Below are positions 8,814 to 17,204 of a stretch of DNA of 59,681 bases, in pieces. The notes under the pieces are model-generated. The model made no database searches, had not been told where the DNA came from, and saw only the letters and a list, made by a program, of their open reading frames with translations. Both the position numbers and the translations under genes were made by a program. Source of the DNA: a virus (Duplodnaviria > Caudoviricetes); IMG/VR virus record IMGVR_UViG_3300031787_000134, positions 1-59,681 of that record; one strand, given 5' to 3'. Within the stretch, counting starts at the first letter, position 1; every line of letters starts with the position of its first letter.

Positions 8814-10841
8814 ATGCCAATAAAAATCACAGTTTGGGATGAGGCTCAAACCAAACGGGAGATAATGAAGCGCTACCAAAATGCGCAAACCCAGCGGTCC
8901 CAAATTGAGCAGCGTTGGCTATCGAATGAGCAAGCGGTTTACTCGACCGGCACCATGACCGGGGCCAATTACATGTCGGGCAGTCTTACTTCGCTACTCA
9001 CCAACCCCTTTCCCGGTGTCGACCAGTCTGGTGCCGATACCAACAACGTATACATCTTCAAAAATCTTCGCTTCTTGCACGCCCAAATGAGTGCCAACCC
9101 GCCCTCAGTCGTAATGAGGCCCACTACCTCTGACCAGGAGGACCACCGCCGCGCTGACGCAGCGGACCGAGTTGTCCGGCACGCAATTCGCCAATACCAA
9201 ATGCAAGAGAAGTTTGACCAGCTTACCTTGAACACCCTGGTCTACGGCTCGGGTGTGATGAAAACCGTTTGGGACAGCACTAAAGGCGACATCGTCGAAT
9301 TTAACGAATCGTCCGGAGAGGTTACCCTCGAAGGAGACATCTCGATTACGGTCCCCTTCATTTGGAATATCTTTATCGACCCCGATGCCAGGTCTTGGTC
9401 TGAGGTAAAGTACGTTATCGAGCGCACTTACATGGACTTTGATGAGGCTTGCGCTAGGTGGCCAGATAAGAAGGAATTCCTGGAAGCGGCTAAAGTAACT
9501 CGGGACGGTTCAGCGGAAAAGACCCCTTCCCGTCTCTCAGCTCTAGCGGATGACAAATTCAACTCAGTGGAGTTGTTAGAGTATTGGGAAACTGGCCTTC
9601 CTACAAATGGTTACATGGGCAGGTATTGCCTCACCACCGTCTCGGGCAGTGTCATCGAGCCCTGCAAGCCATCCCCTTACAGATTCAAGCGGGCCGGAGC
9701 GGCGAGGCGCGTCTTGGAAAAGAACCTCCCCGACGATATCATCGAAGAACAGCTGTCCAAATTGCCTGAACAGGCTAGTCTACCTTACCACATCTTGACC
9801 GATATTGATGTCCCGAACGCGGTTTGGGGTAGAAGCAATGTCGAATATGTGTCCCAACTACAAGACAACTTGCTCCGCATCGATACCGCAGTATTGGACA
9901 ACATTCAAGCCCACGGGGTAGCTAGAATGATTGTCCCGGACACGGCTGAAGTAGCCGAGAATGTGAGCAATAGCCCGTGGGACGTGGTCAAGATTGCCGG
10001 TAACCAGCCGCCTTACTTTATGGAAGTGCCGCAGTTAATGCCGGAGATGGTGTCCACTAGGCTAAACCTGATACAAGGGATTAATGACGGCTTCGGTGTC
10101 AACGACGCCATGTTTGGGGTACAAAAGAGGGAGACCTCAGGCACGAGTATGAACTACGCCACCAATCAAGGTAACATGATTAGGCGCCGTCTCTTTAACA
10201 AGTACGTTCTTGCGGTCGAGTCGGTATACAAATCCCTCCTGAAACTGGTAGTCAAGCATTGGCCGGTCAGTCGCACCATTCAAGTACTAGGCAAGGAGAA
10301 TGCTCTAGAGAGTATCGACCTTAAAGGAAGTGACATTGACGGCGGGTACGACATTATAGGCGAGTACGGGGTTTCGCTATCGCTGGACCCGATGAGCAGA
10401 AGAGAAGAAATCCTGATGCTCCAACCTCTGTTTGAGAAGGCGGGAGTCCCTACCAGAACCTCGCTGAAGCTGATGAAGCTCAATGAACTTGAGGGTATGT
10501 ACGACCGCTTGACCTTGGCCGAGAACCGGCAGCGAGAAGTCTTTGACGAGATGATAGCAACCGGTCGGTATATCCCGCCCGAAGACTTACTCGACCACGA
10601 GAATATGATTGCTTGGTCACTCGAGTACTTTATGACCGCTGAGTTTCATTACCTCGAACCCCAGCTAAAGGAGCTGTGCAAACAGCACATCCGAGACCGA
10701 GTTCAGCTAGCAGCGCAAGAAAAGGCCTCGTTACAGGGCACCCCTCCAGGCGCGACTCCAGGTCCCACTCCGCAGCCCACAATGCCCGAAGGGCCAGCAC
10801 CCGGGCAACCCCCGTTAGCGCTGCCGATGGAGAACGCGTAA
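8814..10841 (+). CDS. portal protein (P22-like)
   Basis: 675 aa, follows terL; 'NIFIDPDA', 'ETSGT' motifs and Pro/Gln-rich tail typical of podovirus portals. Confidence 0.85.
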   Translation: MPIKITVWDEAQTKREIMKRYQNAQTQRSQIEQRWLSNEQAVYSTGTMTGANYMSGSLTSLLTNPFPGVDQSGADTNNVYIFKNLRFLHAQMSANPPSVVMRPTTSDQEDHRRADAADRVVRHAIRQYQMQEKFDQLTLNTLVYGSGVMKTVWDSTKGDIVEFNESSGEVTLEGDISITVPFIWNIFIDPDARSWSEVKYVIERTYMDFDEACARWPDKKEFLEAAKVTRDGSAEKTPSRLSALADDKFNSVELLEYWETGLPTNGYMGRYCLTTVSGSVIEPCKPSPYRFKRAGAARRVLEKNLPDDIIEEQLSKLPEQASLPYHILTDIDVPNAVWGRSNVEYVSQLQDNLLRIDTAVLDNIQAHGVARMIVPDTAEVAENVSNSPWDVVKIAGNQPPYFMEVPQLMPEMVSTRLNLIQGINDGFGVNDAMFGVQKRETSGTSMNYATNQGNMIRRRLFNKYVLAVESVYKSLLKLVVKHWPVSRTIQVLGKENALESIDLKGSDIDGGYDIIGEYGVSLSLDPMSRREEILMLQPLFEKAGVPTRTSLKLMKLNELEGMYDRLTLAENRQREVFDEMIATGRYIPPEDLLDHENMIAWSLEYFMTAEFHYLEPQLKELCKQHIRDRVQLAAQEKASLQGTPPGATPGPTPQPTMPEGPAPGQPPLALPMENA

Positions 10842-10842
10842 G

Positions 10843-11235
10843 ATGATAACAAGAGACGAAATCCTTAAAGGGCGGGATAGAGATTACCCGCTCGATTCCG
10901 AACTAGAACAAAACCTGACTCGACTGCTCGACGCGGTCAATAAAATAAGAAAAGAATGGGGGAAGCCGTTAGTGGTTACAAGCGGTTACCGACCAGGCCA
11001 CTTCAACAAATCTGCTCGGGGAGCGAAGAAATCAGCTCACATGACGTGCGAAGCTGTTGACTTCCATGACCCAGACGGCGCGTTTGGGAAGTGGTGCTTA
11101 GCCAACCTCAAGCTATTAGAAGAAGCCGGCCTGTATATGGAAAGCCCCATCTACACCCACGAACCTCCAGCAAAGCGTTGGATTCACTTACAAATTCGGG
11201 CACCCAAATCAGGGAATCGGGTTTTCATACCATGA
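10843..11235 (+). CDS. peptidase M15A-family peptidoglycan hydrolase (putative endolysin)
   Basis: VTSGYR...SAH...AVD...WIH zinc-peptidase signature. Confidence 0.85.
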   Translation: MITRDEILKGRDRDYPLDSELEQNLTRLLDAVNKIRKEWGKPLVVTSGYRPGHFNKSARGAKKSAHMTCEAVDFHDPDGAFGKWCLANLKLLEEAGLYMESPIYTHEPPAKRWIHLQIRAPKSGNRVFIP

Positions 11236-11262
11236 AGTTCCATAATGATTTTTTGTAAGCTA

Positions 11263-11292
11263 TTGACATCCCGTCCCCGGACAAAGTATACT
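11263..11292 (+). promoter_or_regulatory. sigma70-type promoter for scaffold/capsid
   Basis: TTGACA-18-TATACT. Confidence 0.65.
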
Positions 11293-11344
11293 GACAAGTA
11301 TCACAAACAGCCTTATCCCCATGGGACAGGTAGGAGTTAGAAGC

Positions 11345-12466
11345 ATGTCAGTTACAGCACAGTCCATCGTTAACATTGCGCAGTCTTTACGGGGTGGTAG
11401 CAGCAGCGAACCAACATCGTCACCTGCAGTGTCGTCTTTTCCGGAGGTCAAAGCCGTTGACCCTGACAATGACGAGTACTCGGTGACAAGTAGTCAGTCA
11501 GAAGAAACGTCCTTTTCACTAACAGATGAGAGCGAGGGTGATACCTCCGCCGACCAGGAGACCGGGGCCGCAGACCCCACTGCAAAGTCCCCTGCACCGA
11601 GCGGGAAAGAATCAATCGTCGTCACAGATGACAAGGGAAAGCGTCGAATCGAAGTAGACTTTAATAATAAGGACCAGATTAAAAAGTACGTCCAACTCGC
11701 CCACGGTGCCAGAAAATGGCAAGCCGAACGAGACCAAGCCCTCAACAAAGCCAAGGAAGTAGAATCGAAATACTCGACTCTACAAGGCAATTGGGATGTT
11801 CTCGAACAGGCTTATCAGTCATCTGGTATTGAAGGCTTAGTAGACTTACTGGAAGGCAGACAAGGCGCGTTCCAAGAGTGGGAGAAATCCCGCCTCGACA
11901 GACACGAGATGCTCAAAAAGGCATCTCCGGCTGAAAGAGAACTCTTTGAAGCTAGGGAATTGGAAGCAAGGCGTCAACGCGAAATCGAAAAGATTCGCAA
12001 GGAGAATGAGGACTTTAAGAAGAGCGTCCAAGCAGAAAAGGAAACTGCTGAACTTCGCTCCCTCGAAAGTACCGTTCATCCAGTATTTGACCGTTACCGC
12101 TTCGCTGATAAACTCGGCGACTCAGACACGGAACAAATGTTTGACGAAATGCTTTGGAACGCCGCCTTAAAACGCTTGGAGCCGTACGAGGAGAAGGGAC
12201 TCCCCATTACACAAGACTTAGTAGACAGGGAATTCAAATCCGTTTCTACTGCCTTGCGTAAACGTATCAATCTCCAAGCCGAGAAAAAGGCTGCTAAAGT
12301 CGTGGAGCAAAAGAAAAGGGAAGCTACCGAGAATGTACAAGCTGCAGTCTCGAATGGGTACCGCTCTTCCTCCGCAGCCAAGGAAGCCGAAGAACTAATC
12401 AAAAGTGGTAATATCGCCGGCCTCTTCAAAGGATGGGGCAAATACGGCAAAGTTTTCAACAAGTAA
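11345..12466 (+). CDS. capsid scaffolding protein
   Basis: Acidic disordered N-terminus plus charged coiled coil, immediately upstream of the capsid gene; AGGAG RBS. Confidence 0.7.
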   Translation: MSVTAQSIVNIAQSLRGGSSSEPTSSPAVSSFPEVKAVDPDNDEYSVTSSQSEETSFSLTDESEGDTSADQETGAADPTAKSPAPSGKESIVVTDDKGKRRIEVDFNNKDQIKKYVQLAHGARKWQAERDQALNKAKEVESKYSTLQGNWDVLEQAYQSSGIEGLVDLLEGRQGAFQEWEKSRLDRHEMLKKASPAERELFEARELEARRQREIEKIRKENEDFKKSVQAEKETAELRSLESTVHPVFDRYRFADKLGDSDTEQMFDEMLWNAALKRLEPYEEKGLPITQDLVDREFKSVSTALRKRINLQAEKKAAKVVEQKKREATENVQAAVSNGYRSSSAAKEAEELIKSGNIAGLFKGWGKYGKVFNK

Positions 12467-12492
12467 CAAACAGAAAGAACAGGTAAACTATC

Positions 12493-13848
12493 ATGGCTTA
12501 TGATAACATCAATCAATTAAATCTAGGTAACATCCTTCAAATCGCGTTTAGCGATGGTATCCGGAATCAGATTTCCGTTGACTTCCGCGACTTTGAACAC
12601 ATCAAACGCGCTAAAGTGGCAGGCTCTCTTCCCCGGGAACTCCGCTTTATGTTCCAGACAAGTCTGGGAGCCGCCGCTATCCAGTACGCCAATCCGGGTG
12701 CCGGGGCTGGCCGGCTCTTCCCCAACTCTCAGCAAGTCAAAATTGCCGAGAACACGGCGAAGATGAAAGAACTTCAAGCGACTATCGAACTCGAGTACAA
12801 CTTGTTTGACCGGGCCCGCAAGTCTCCCGAAAAGTATGCGGAGCCACTCGCTATCGAAATCGACAGCAAGATGTCGGCCGCTAAGCGTCGTCTAGCAGCT
12901 GACCTTTACGGCGACGGAACCGGGGTTGTCGGCACGATTTCTTCTGTCTCCATTTCGGGCGGCAAAGCTGTTGTGACGCTGTCGGCCTCTGGCCGGGGGC
13001 ATGTGGGCTTCTTCGAGTACTATGACCTTCTCGTCCACAAAGCTGCTGCTGGTACCGCCGGCACCGCTCCTGTCCTTGCTTCGGGAACCTTTGCTCAGTG
13101 GTCCGTTCTTGACAAAGACCGCTCCGCTGGCACCGTTACCCTCGAAGCTCAAGACAGTGCAGGTGCTGCCCTTACTGTCAACAGCTGGGCCCCATCCGCA
13201 GGCGAAGTGTTCTACCGCTACGGCCAGCCGACCATCCCGAACTTGACCTCTATCTCTGACTACAGCTTGGCAACGGAAGTTATTGCCGGTCTTGAGTCGT
13301 TGACCGCTAACGACGGCCGTATCGTCCACAACATCACCATGAGCGGCGCTACTGGCGGCTCTAGGTTCGATGCTGGTGGCAACCCACTTGACGTGAAGCA
13401 CATTCAAAAACTGATGGACCAAGTGAAGCTGTCTGTTGGTCAAGACCGGTACCGTTGGAAAGCCCTCAACATGGCTCCAGAGTCGCACGCCTCTCTCATC
13501 GAAAGTCGTGAGACTGACCGCCGTTTCCAAACTATTGAAGACAATAAGCGCGGTGTGAAGTACTTCGCTTACGTTCACGGTAATGACGTCCTCGAGTGTG
13601 TCACGAGTGAGTTCGTGCCCCAAAACCGGATTTATGTCATGCCCGAAACTAAGGCTGGCGAGAAAGTTCTGGAGTATCACGGCTCCGACTTCGAAACGGT
13701 CAAAGGCCAAGACATGTCTGACTTCCACTTGAAAGTGGGTGGGTCGGGCTACACGAACGCCATGGTGTCTTACCTCCTCGCAACGGGTGTCCTCATCTGT
13801 AAGCATCCGAAAGCGGTGGGCGTCATCACCAACTTCGTCAACACTTAA
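12493..13848 (+). CDS. major capsid protein
   Basis: 451 aa after scaffold; 'ADLYGDGTG' and C-terminal 'LICKHPKAVGVITN' typical of HK97-fold capsids; biased codon usage. Confidence 0.85.
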   Translation: MAYDNINQLNLGNILQIAFSDGIRNQISVDFRDFEHIKRAKVAGSLPRELRFMFQTSLGAAAIQYANPGAGAGRLFPNSQQVKIAENTAKMKELQATIELEYNLFDRARKSPEKYAEPLAIEIDSKMSAAKRRLAADLYGDGTGVVGTISSVSISGGKAVVTLSASGRGHVGFFEYYDLLVHKAAAGTAGTAPVLASGTFAQWSVLDKDRSAGTVTLEAQDSAGAALTVNSWAPSAGEVFYRYGQPTIPNLTSISDYSLATEVIAGLESLTANDGRIVHNITMSGATGGSRFDAGGNPLDVKHIQKLMDQVKLSVGQDRYRWKALNMAPESHASLIESRETDRRFQTIEDNKRGVKYFAYVHGNDVLECVTSEFVPQNRIYVMPETKAGEKVLEYHGSDFETVKGQDMSDFHLKVGGSGYTNAMVSYLLATGVLICKHPKAVGVITNFVNT

Positions 13849-13855
13849 CAGCTTA

Positions 13856-13894
13856 GGGAAGGGGCGGCATTCCGCCGCCTCTTTGTCCCTTTTT
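13856..13894 (+). terminator. intrinsic terminator/attenuator after capsid gene
   Basis: GGGGCGG-CATT-CCGCCGCC hairpin followed by a T-rich run. Confidence 0.55.
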
Positions 13895-13908
13895 GAAAGG
13901 TCAATATT

Positions 13909-14337
13909 ATGAAATCTCCTACAAGAACTGAAGCCGGTCCTCTAGTTTATGGTAAAGTAAACAAGCGGGAAGCAGCCGTCTTGGAATTCGCAAAGCAAGT
14001 AGCTGCTGTTACTTGGGACTTTTCCGCTGATGGCGGTGCTGTTGGTGACGTGACGTTCGGCGTCAAGCTACCAGCCGGTGCCATTGTTGTTGCCGTTCTC
14101 AGTGATGAAGAAACCGCCGTTACTGGCGCTACTTCGATTACTCTTTCCGCCGGGTCAACTGCGCTGACCGGAGCAATCAACTTCACTTCCGATGCCGGGA
14201 TTCAGTCCCGCGATTTGGCTGGCTCCGCTGCCGGCATCAAAGTAACATCTGCTAGTGAACTAAAGATTGCCATCGCAACCAACCCAGCAACAGCTGGTAA
14301 AGTGACGTTTTACGTGCAGTTTTTAGTTAAGGCTTAA
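13909..14337 (+). CDS. capsid decoration/cement protein
   Basis: Small beta-rich A/G/T protein directly after the capsid gene (LPAGAIV motif). Confidence 0.6.
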   Translation: MKSPTRTEAGPLVYGKVNKREAAVLEFAKQVAAVTWDFSADGGAVGDVTFGVKLPAGAIVVAVLSDEETAVTGATSITLSAGSTALTGAINFTSDAGIQSRDLAGSAAGIKVTSASELKIAIATNPATAGKVTFYVQFLVKA

Positions 14338-14400
14338 TGTATCTGTACTAGCCGAGGACTTTAGTCCGTGCATGCTCGCGTCACCTGCGAGAGCCTTCGC

Positions 14401-14480
14401 GGCGATGTGATAGTGGTGAGCTGCCAGGAGGCTACCTGGTCCATTCCTCCCCAGCCGAGTTCGATGCTGGGGTGTCGCCC
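14401..14480 (+). ncRNA. candidate structured RNA with tRNA-like features (non-canonical)
   Basis: GGCGATG/TGTCGCC closing stem, CCAGG/CCTGG arm, CCCCAGC/GCTGGGG arm with GTTCGA loop; intergenic; terminator follows. Confidence 0.3.
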
Positions 14481-14512
14481 GCTCCCCCGAAGGGGGGGAG
14501 TCGGGCTTTCCC
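14477..14512 (+). terminator. intrinsic terminator
   Basis: GCCCGCTCCCCC-GAAG-GGGGGGAGTCGGGC followed by TTT. Confidence 0.6.
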
Positions 14513-14516
14513 TTAC

Positions 14517-14545
14517 TTGACATCCCCCTAGTCATGTGCTAATGT
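14517..14545 (+). promoter_or_regulatory. sigma70-type promoter
   Basis: TTGACA-17-TAATGT with TG extension. Confidence 0.55.
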
Positions 14546-14565
14546 CAACTAGACCGGAGGCTTGC

Positions 14566-16206
14566 ATGGCAGATACCATCTCAAGATATTTGAAGCTCAA
14601 AATCGCTGACGATTTGTCCGCCGATGCGAAATATAACCTCCAGCGTATTGACTCCCTTGGTGCTAGTATTGGGTCGACTTTTGTTACCGGGCTAGGTGAC
14701 AAGCTTAGTATCCTCTCCAGGGGAGACATCCAGCTAGTAGCCAATGACTCCTCTATCGGGGGCCCAGGTTCGGGTGGCACCATCACTTTAGGCGATAGTA
14801 GCAATCTTGCTACAGTCGTTATTGAAGGCGCCGCCTTTCGACTCAACTGTGGTCTCGGTCTCAAAAACGCGGCTACTTCCGCCAACAATTACTTGACCGT
14901 TTCCTTCTTGAACGCCGCCAACTTGACGACTCCCCAGTCTCTAACGATTGGGGTCGGGACCGGGAACCGCAGCATTACATTCCCTGAGGACGGGGTGGTA
15001 GTCACCTCCGACGCAACTCAGACCTTGACCAACAAGACCCTTTCTGGGGCAAGTAATACCCTGTCCAATATCGGATATTCGTCCCTCATTCTCACAAATA
15101 GTATTGTCAATGCGGATGTTTCCTCCTCCGCCGCCATCGCCACAAGTAAGCTCTCGGGCCCCCTGACAGCGGTAACTGGTAACGGACTCGGTACCCTCGC
15201 CACACAAAACACAGTCAGCCTCACTGCCGATGTGACTGGCATCCTACCCCCTGCTAATGGCGGCACCGGAACTGATGGTTCGGACAGAACAACTGCACTA
15301 CTAAACGTACTCCCGCTCCTGGCCGGGAATGAATCGGCCACCTTGCGTGTTAATCCGACCGGAACCGGTATCGAGTGGGTCGCTGGTGCGGGACAAGGAA
15401 CCGTCACCAGTGTCGGGATGGCGGTTCCCGCCGAGTGGATAGTTACTAGTAATGACATCGCGTCTCCTCCGTCTATTGACAGCGCAGGCACCTTTACTAT
15501 CACTAAAGCAGCCCAAGCAGCTAATACTATTTACTCTGCCCCGAACGGGACTAGCGGGGAGCCAACCTTCCGCTTCTTAGTTGAGGCCGATATCCCGAGC
15601 TTGGGACAAGGCAAGATTAGTAACCTTACTAGTGACTTGGCCGGGAAGCAAGCTACCATTACCGGGGCCGCTAGCACCATTACTGCTACTGACTTGACCG
15701 TTAGTCGGGCACTGCAGTCCGGTGCGTCGGGTAAAGTTGAAGTATCTACTGTCACATCTACCGAGCTCGGCTACTTATCAGGAGTAACATCCTCGATTCA
15801 GACGCAGCTCGGCAGCAAAGAGCCCACCATCACCGCCGGCACTACTAGCCAATACTGGAGAGGAGACAAGACGTGGTATTCTCCAGTAATTGACTCTACC
15901 GCCGGAAATGAGACGGACCAAGCCGCCAGCGTAGCCGCGATGAAATCATATGTCGGGTCGTACAGCGGCGGCTCATACGCCGCTGACTGGACTACCGGCA
16001 CCGCCATTACCTTAACCCACGGGCTAGGAAGCGAAGACGTTACTGTCAATGTTTACGATATGGACACCAAAAAGGAAATTTTAGTTGATGAAATCAATCG
16101 TGGGGATAGTAGCTCCCCAACTCCCCTTGACACAACAACTAAAGTAACCCTTACCGCTAGTGTAGCCCCCACCGGAAGCGGGTGGCGAGTTGTGGTTCGG
16201 AAGTAA
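14566..16206 (+). CDS. tail fibre/spike protein 1
   Basis: S/T/G/A-rich; TLTNKT, 'ELGYLSGVTSSIQTQL' and 'QYWRGDKTW' fibre repeats; GGAGG RBS. Confidence 0.75.
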   Translation: MADTISRYLKLKIADDLSADAKYNLQRIDSLGASIGSTFVTGLGDKLSILSRGDIQLVANDSSIGGPGSGGTITLGDSSNLATVVIEGAAFRLNCGLGLKNAATSANNYLTVSFLNAANLTTPQSLTIGVGTGNRSITFPEDGVVVTSDATQTLTNKTLSGASNTLSNIGYSSLILTNSIVNADVSSSAAIATSKLSGPLTAVTGNGLGTLATQNTVSLTADVTGILPPANGGTGTDGSDRTTALLNVLPLLAGNESATLRVNPTGTGIEWVAGAGQGTVTSVGMAVPAEWIVTSNDIASPPSIDSAGTFTITKAAQAANTIYSAPNGTSGEPTFRFLVEADIPSLGQGKISNLTSDLAGKQATITGAASTITATDLTVSRALQSGASGKVEVSTVTSTELGYLSGVTSSIQTQLGSKEPTITAGTTSQYWRGDKTWYSPVIDSTAGNETDQAASVAAMKSYVGSYSGGSYAADWTTGTAITLTHGLGSEDVTVNVYDMDTKKEILVDEINRGDSSSPTPLDTTTKVTLTASVAPTGSGWRVVVRK

Positions 16207-16224
16207 TCCCGCCGTAGGTGGCGT

Positions 16225-16254
16225 TTGACTACTACCGGGGTACTGTGGTATAAT
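16225..16254 (+). promoter_or_regulatory. sigma70-type promoter
   Basis: TTGACT-18-TATAAT. Confidence 0.6.
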
Positions 16255-16294
16255 ACCCGGTAACCTCCACATCTTCGTTAGGTAAGGAAACACT

Positions 16295-17101
16295 ATGTCA
16301 TTATCGACGCTTACCCGCTATCTTCGCTTGAGAGTGCGAACTGACCTCAGTTTACCGGCCAGCCAAAACCTCCAGAGGCTCGACCAGCTGGGCTTCTCTT
16401 TCGCGGTCGATGAGAATGACAACTTGGAAGTCCGGTCGAGGGGGAACCTCTCCCTTCGGCCCGAAGCATCCGAAGTCGGGGGAGCCGGCACCGGTGGTGA
16501 GGTTCATATCGGCTCATCGGCTCAGCCCTCAGTGGTCAAATTCTTCGCTAGCAGTTTCGAAGTAGCAGGGGGAGCCGGAAGCCTCCTCACCGAAGACAGC
16601 CTCAATACCGTTACTAACAAGTCAATCTCGGGCAGCAGTAACCTCTTAAGCAATATTGGCTACTCGTCACTACTGCTCAGCAACTCTATCAAAGGTAGTG
16701 ATATCGCGTCGGACGCTGCGATTCCCGACTCGAAACTGGCTACCATTTCCACTGCTGGTAAAGTCAACGTTTCCGCGCTGACCGGTTCCCTTTCAGGTAA
16801 CCTACTACCCAGCTACAGTAGTAATGACGGGAAGTACTTAAAGCTCGTCGATGGTGCCCTGTCGTGGGAAACCGCCGCCGGCGGCTCCGGCATGGAAGTC
16901 GCGAAGTCTGATTGGACGAGCGGGTCTTCTCTCACCGTTACTCATAACTTTGCCACGACCGACGTAGTCGTATCAATGTGGGACCTCGGCTCTGGCGAGC
17001 CGGTCTATACGGACAGTGTGACGAGGAACAGCAATTCGGTCGAACTCTCCGTTCCTGCCGGAACGTCGCCCAATTACCGAGTAGTCGTCGTCAAAGCATA
17101 A
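16295..17101 (+). CDS. tail fibre protein 2, shorter paralog of 14566-16206
   Basis: Shares N-terminus (RYLxL...NLQRxDxLG), 'LSNIGYSSL' and the C-terminal DWTxG...TH...RVVV domain. Confidence 0.75.
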   Translation: MSLSTLTRYLRLRVRTDLSLPASQNLQRLDQLGFSFAVDENDNLEVRSRGNLSLRPEASEVGGAGTGGEVHIGSSAQPSVVKFFASSFEVAGGAGSLLTEDSLNTVTNKSISGSSNLLSNIGYSSLLLSNSIKGSDIASDAAIPDSKLATISTAGKVNVSALTGSLSGNLLPSYSSNDGKYLKLVDGALSWETAAGGSGMEVAKSDWTSGSSLTVTHNFATTDVVVSMWDLGSGEPVYTDSVTRNSNSVELSVPAGTSPNYRVVVVKA

Positions 17102-17106
17102 AGAGC

Positions 17107-17134
17107 TAAAGCTCTACCGGCATTTTGCCGATAG
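17107..17134 (+). promoter_or_regulatory. sigma28-type promoter upstream of the main tail fibre
   Basis: TAAAG...GCCGATAG (TAAA-N16-GCCGATAG). Confidence 0.55.
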
Positions 17135-17204
17135 GGAACGAGCCCCCCATGACGGGGGGTTAGCATAACCGGGGTAGCAGCCCCACAGAAAGGTCAGTAA
17201 AATT

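Noticed and set aside
12892-13806. Long antisense ORFs (also 4400-5029, 30986-31663, 34722-35564)
   Set aside because: Shadows of codon-biased sense genes; no RBS or recognisable motifs.
14401-14480. Canonical tRNA gene
   Set aside because: No D-stem, no 7-nt anticodon loop and atypical T-arm; kept only as a candidate ncRNA.
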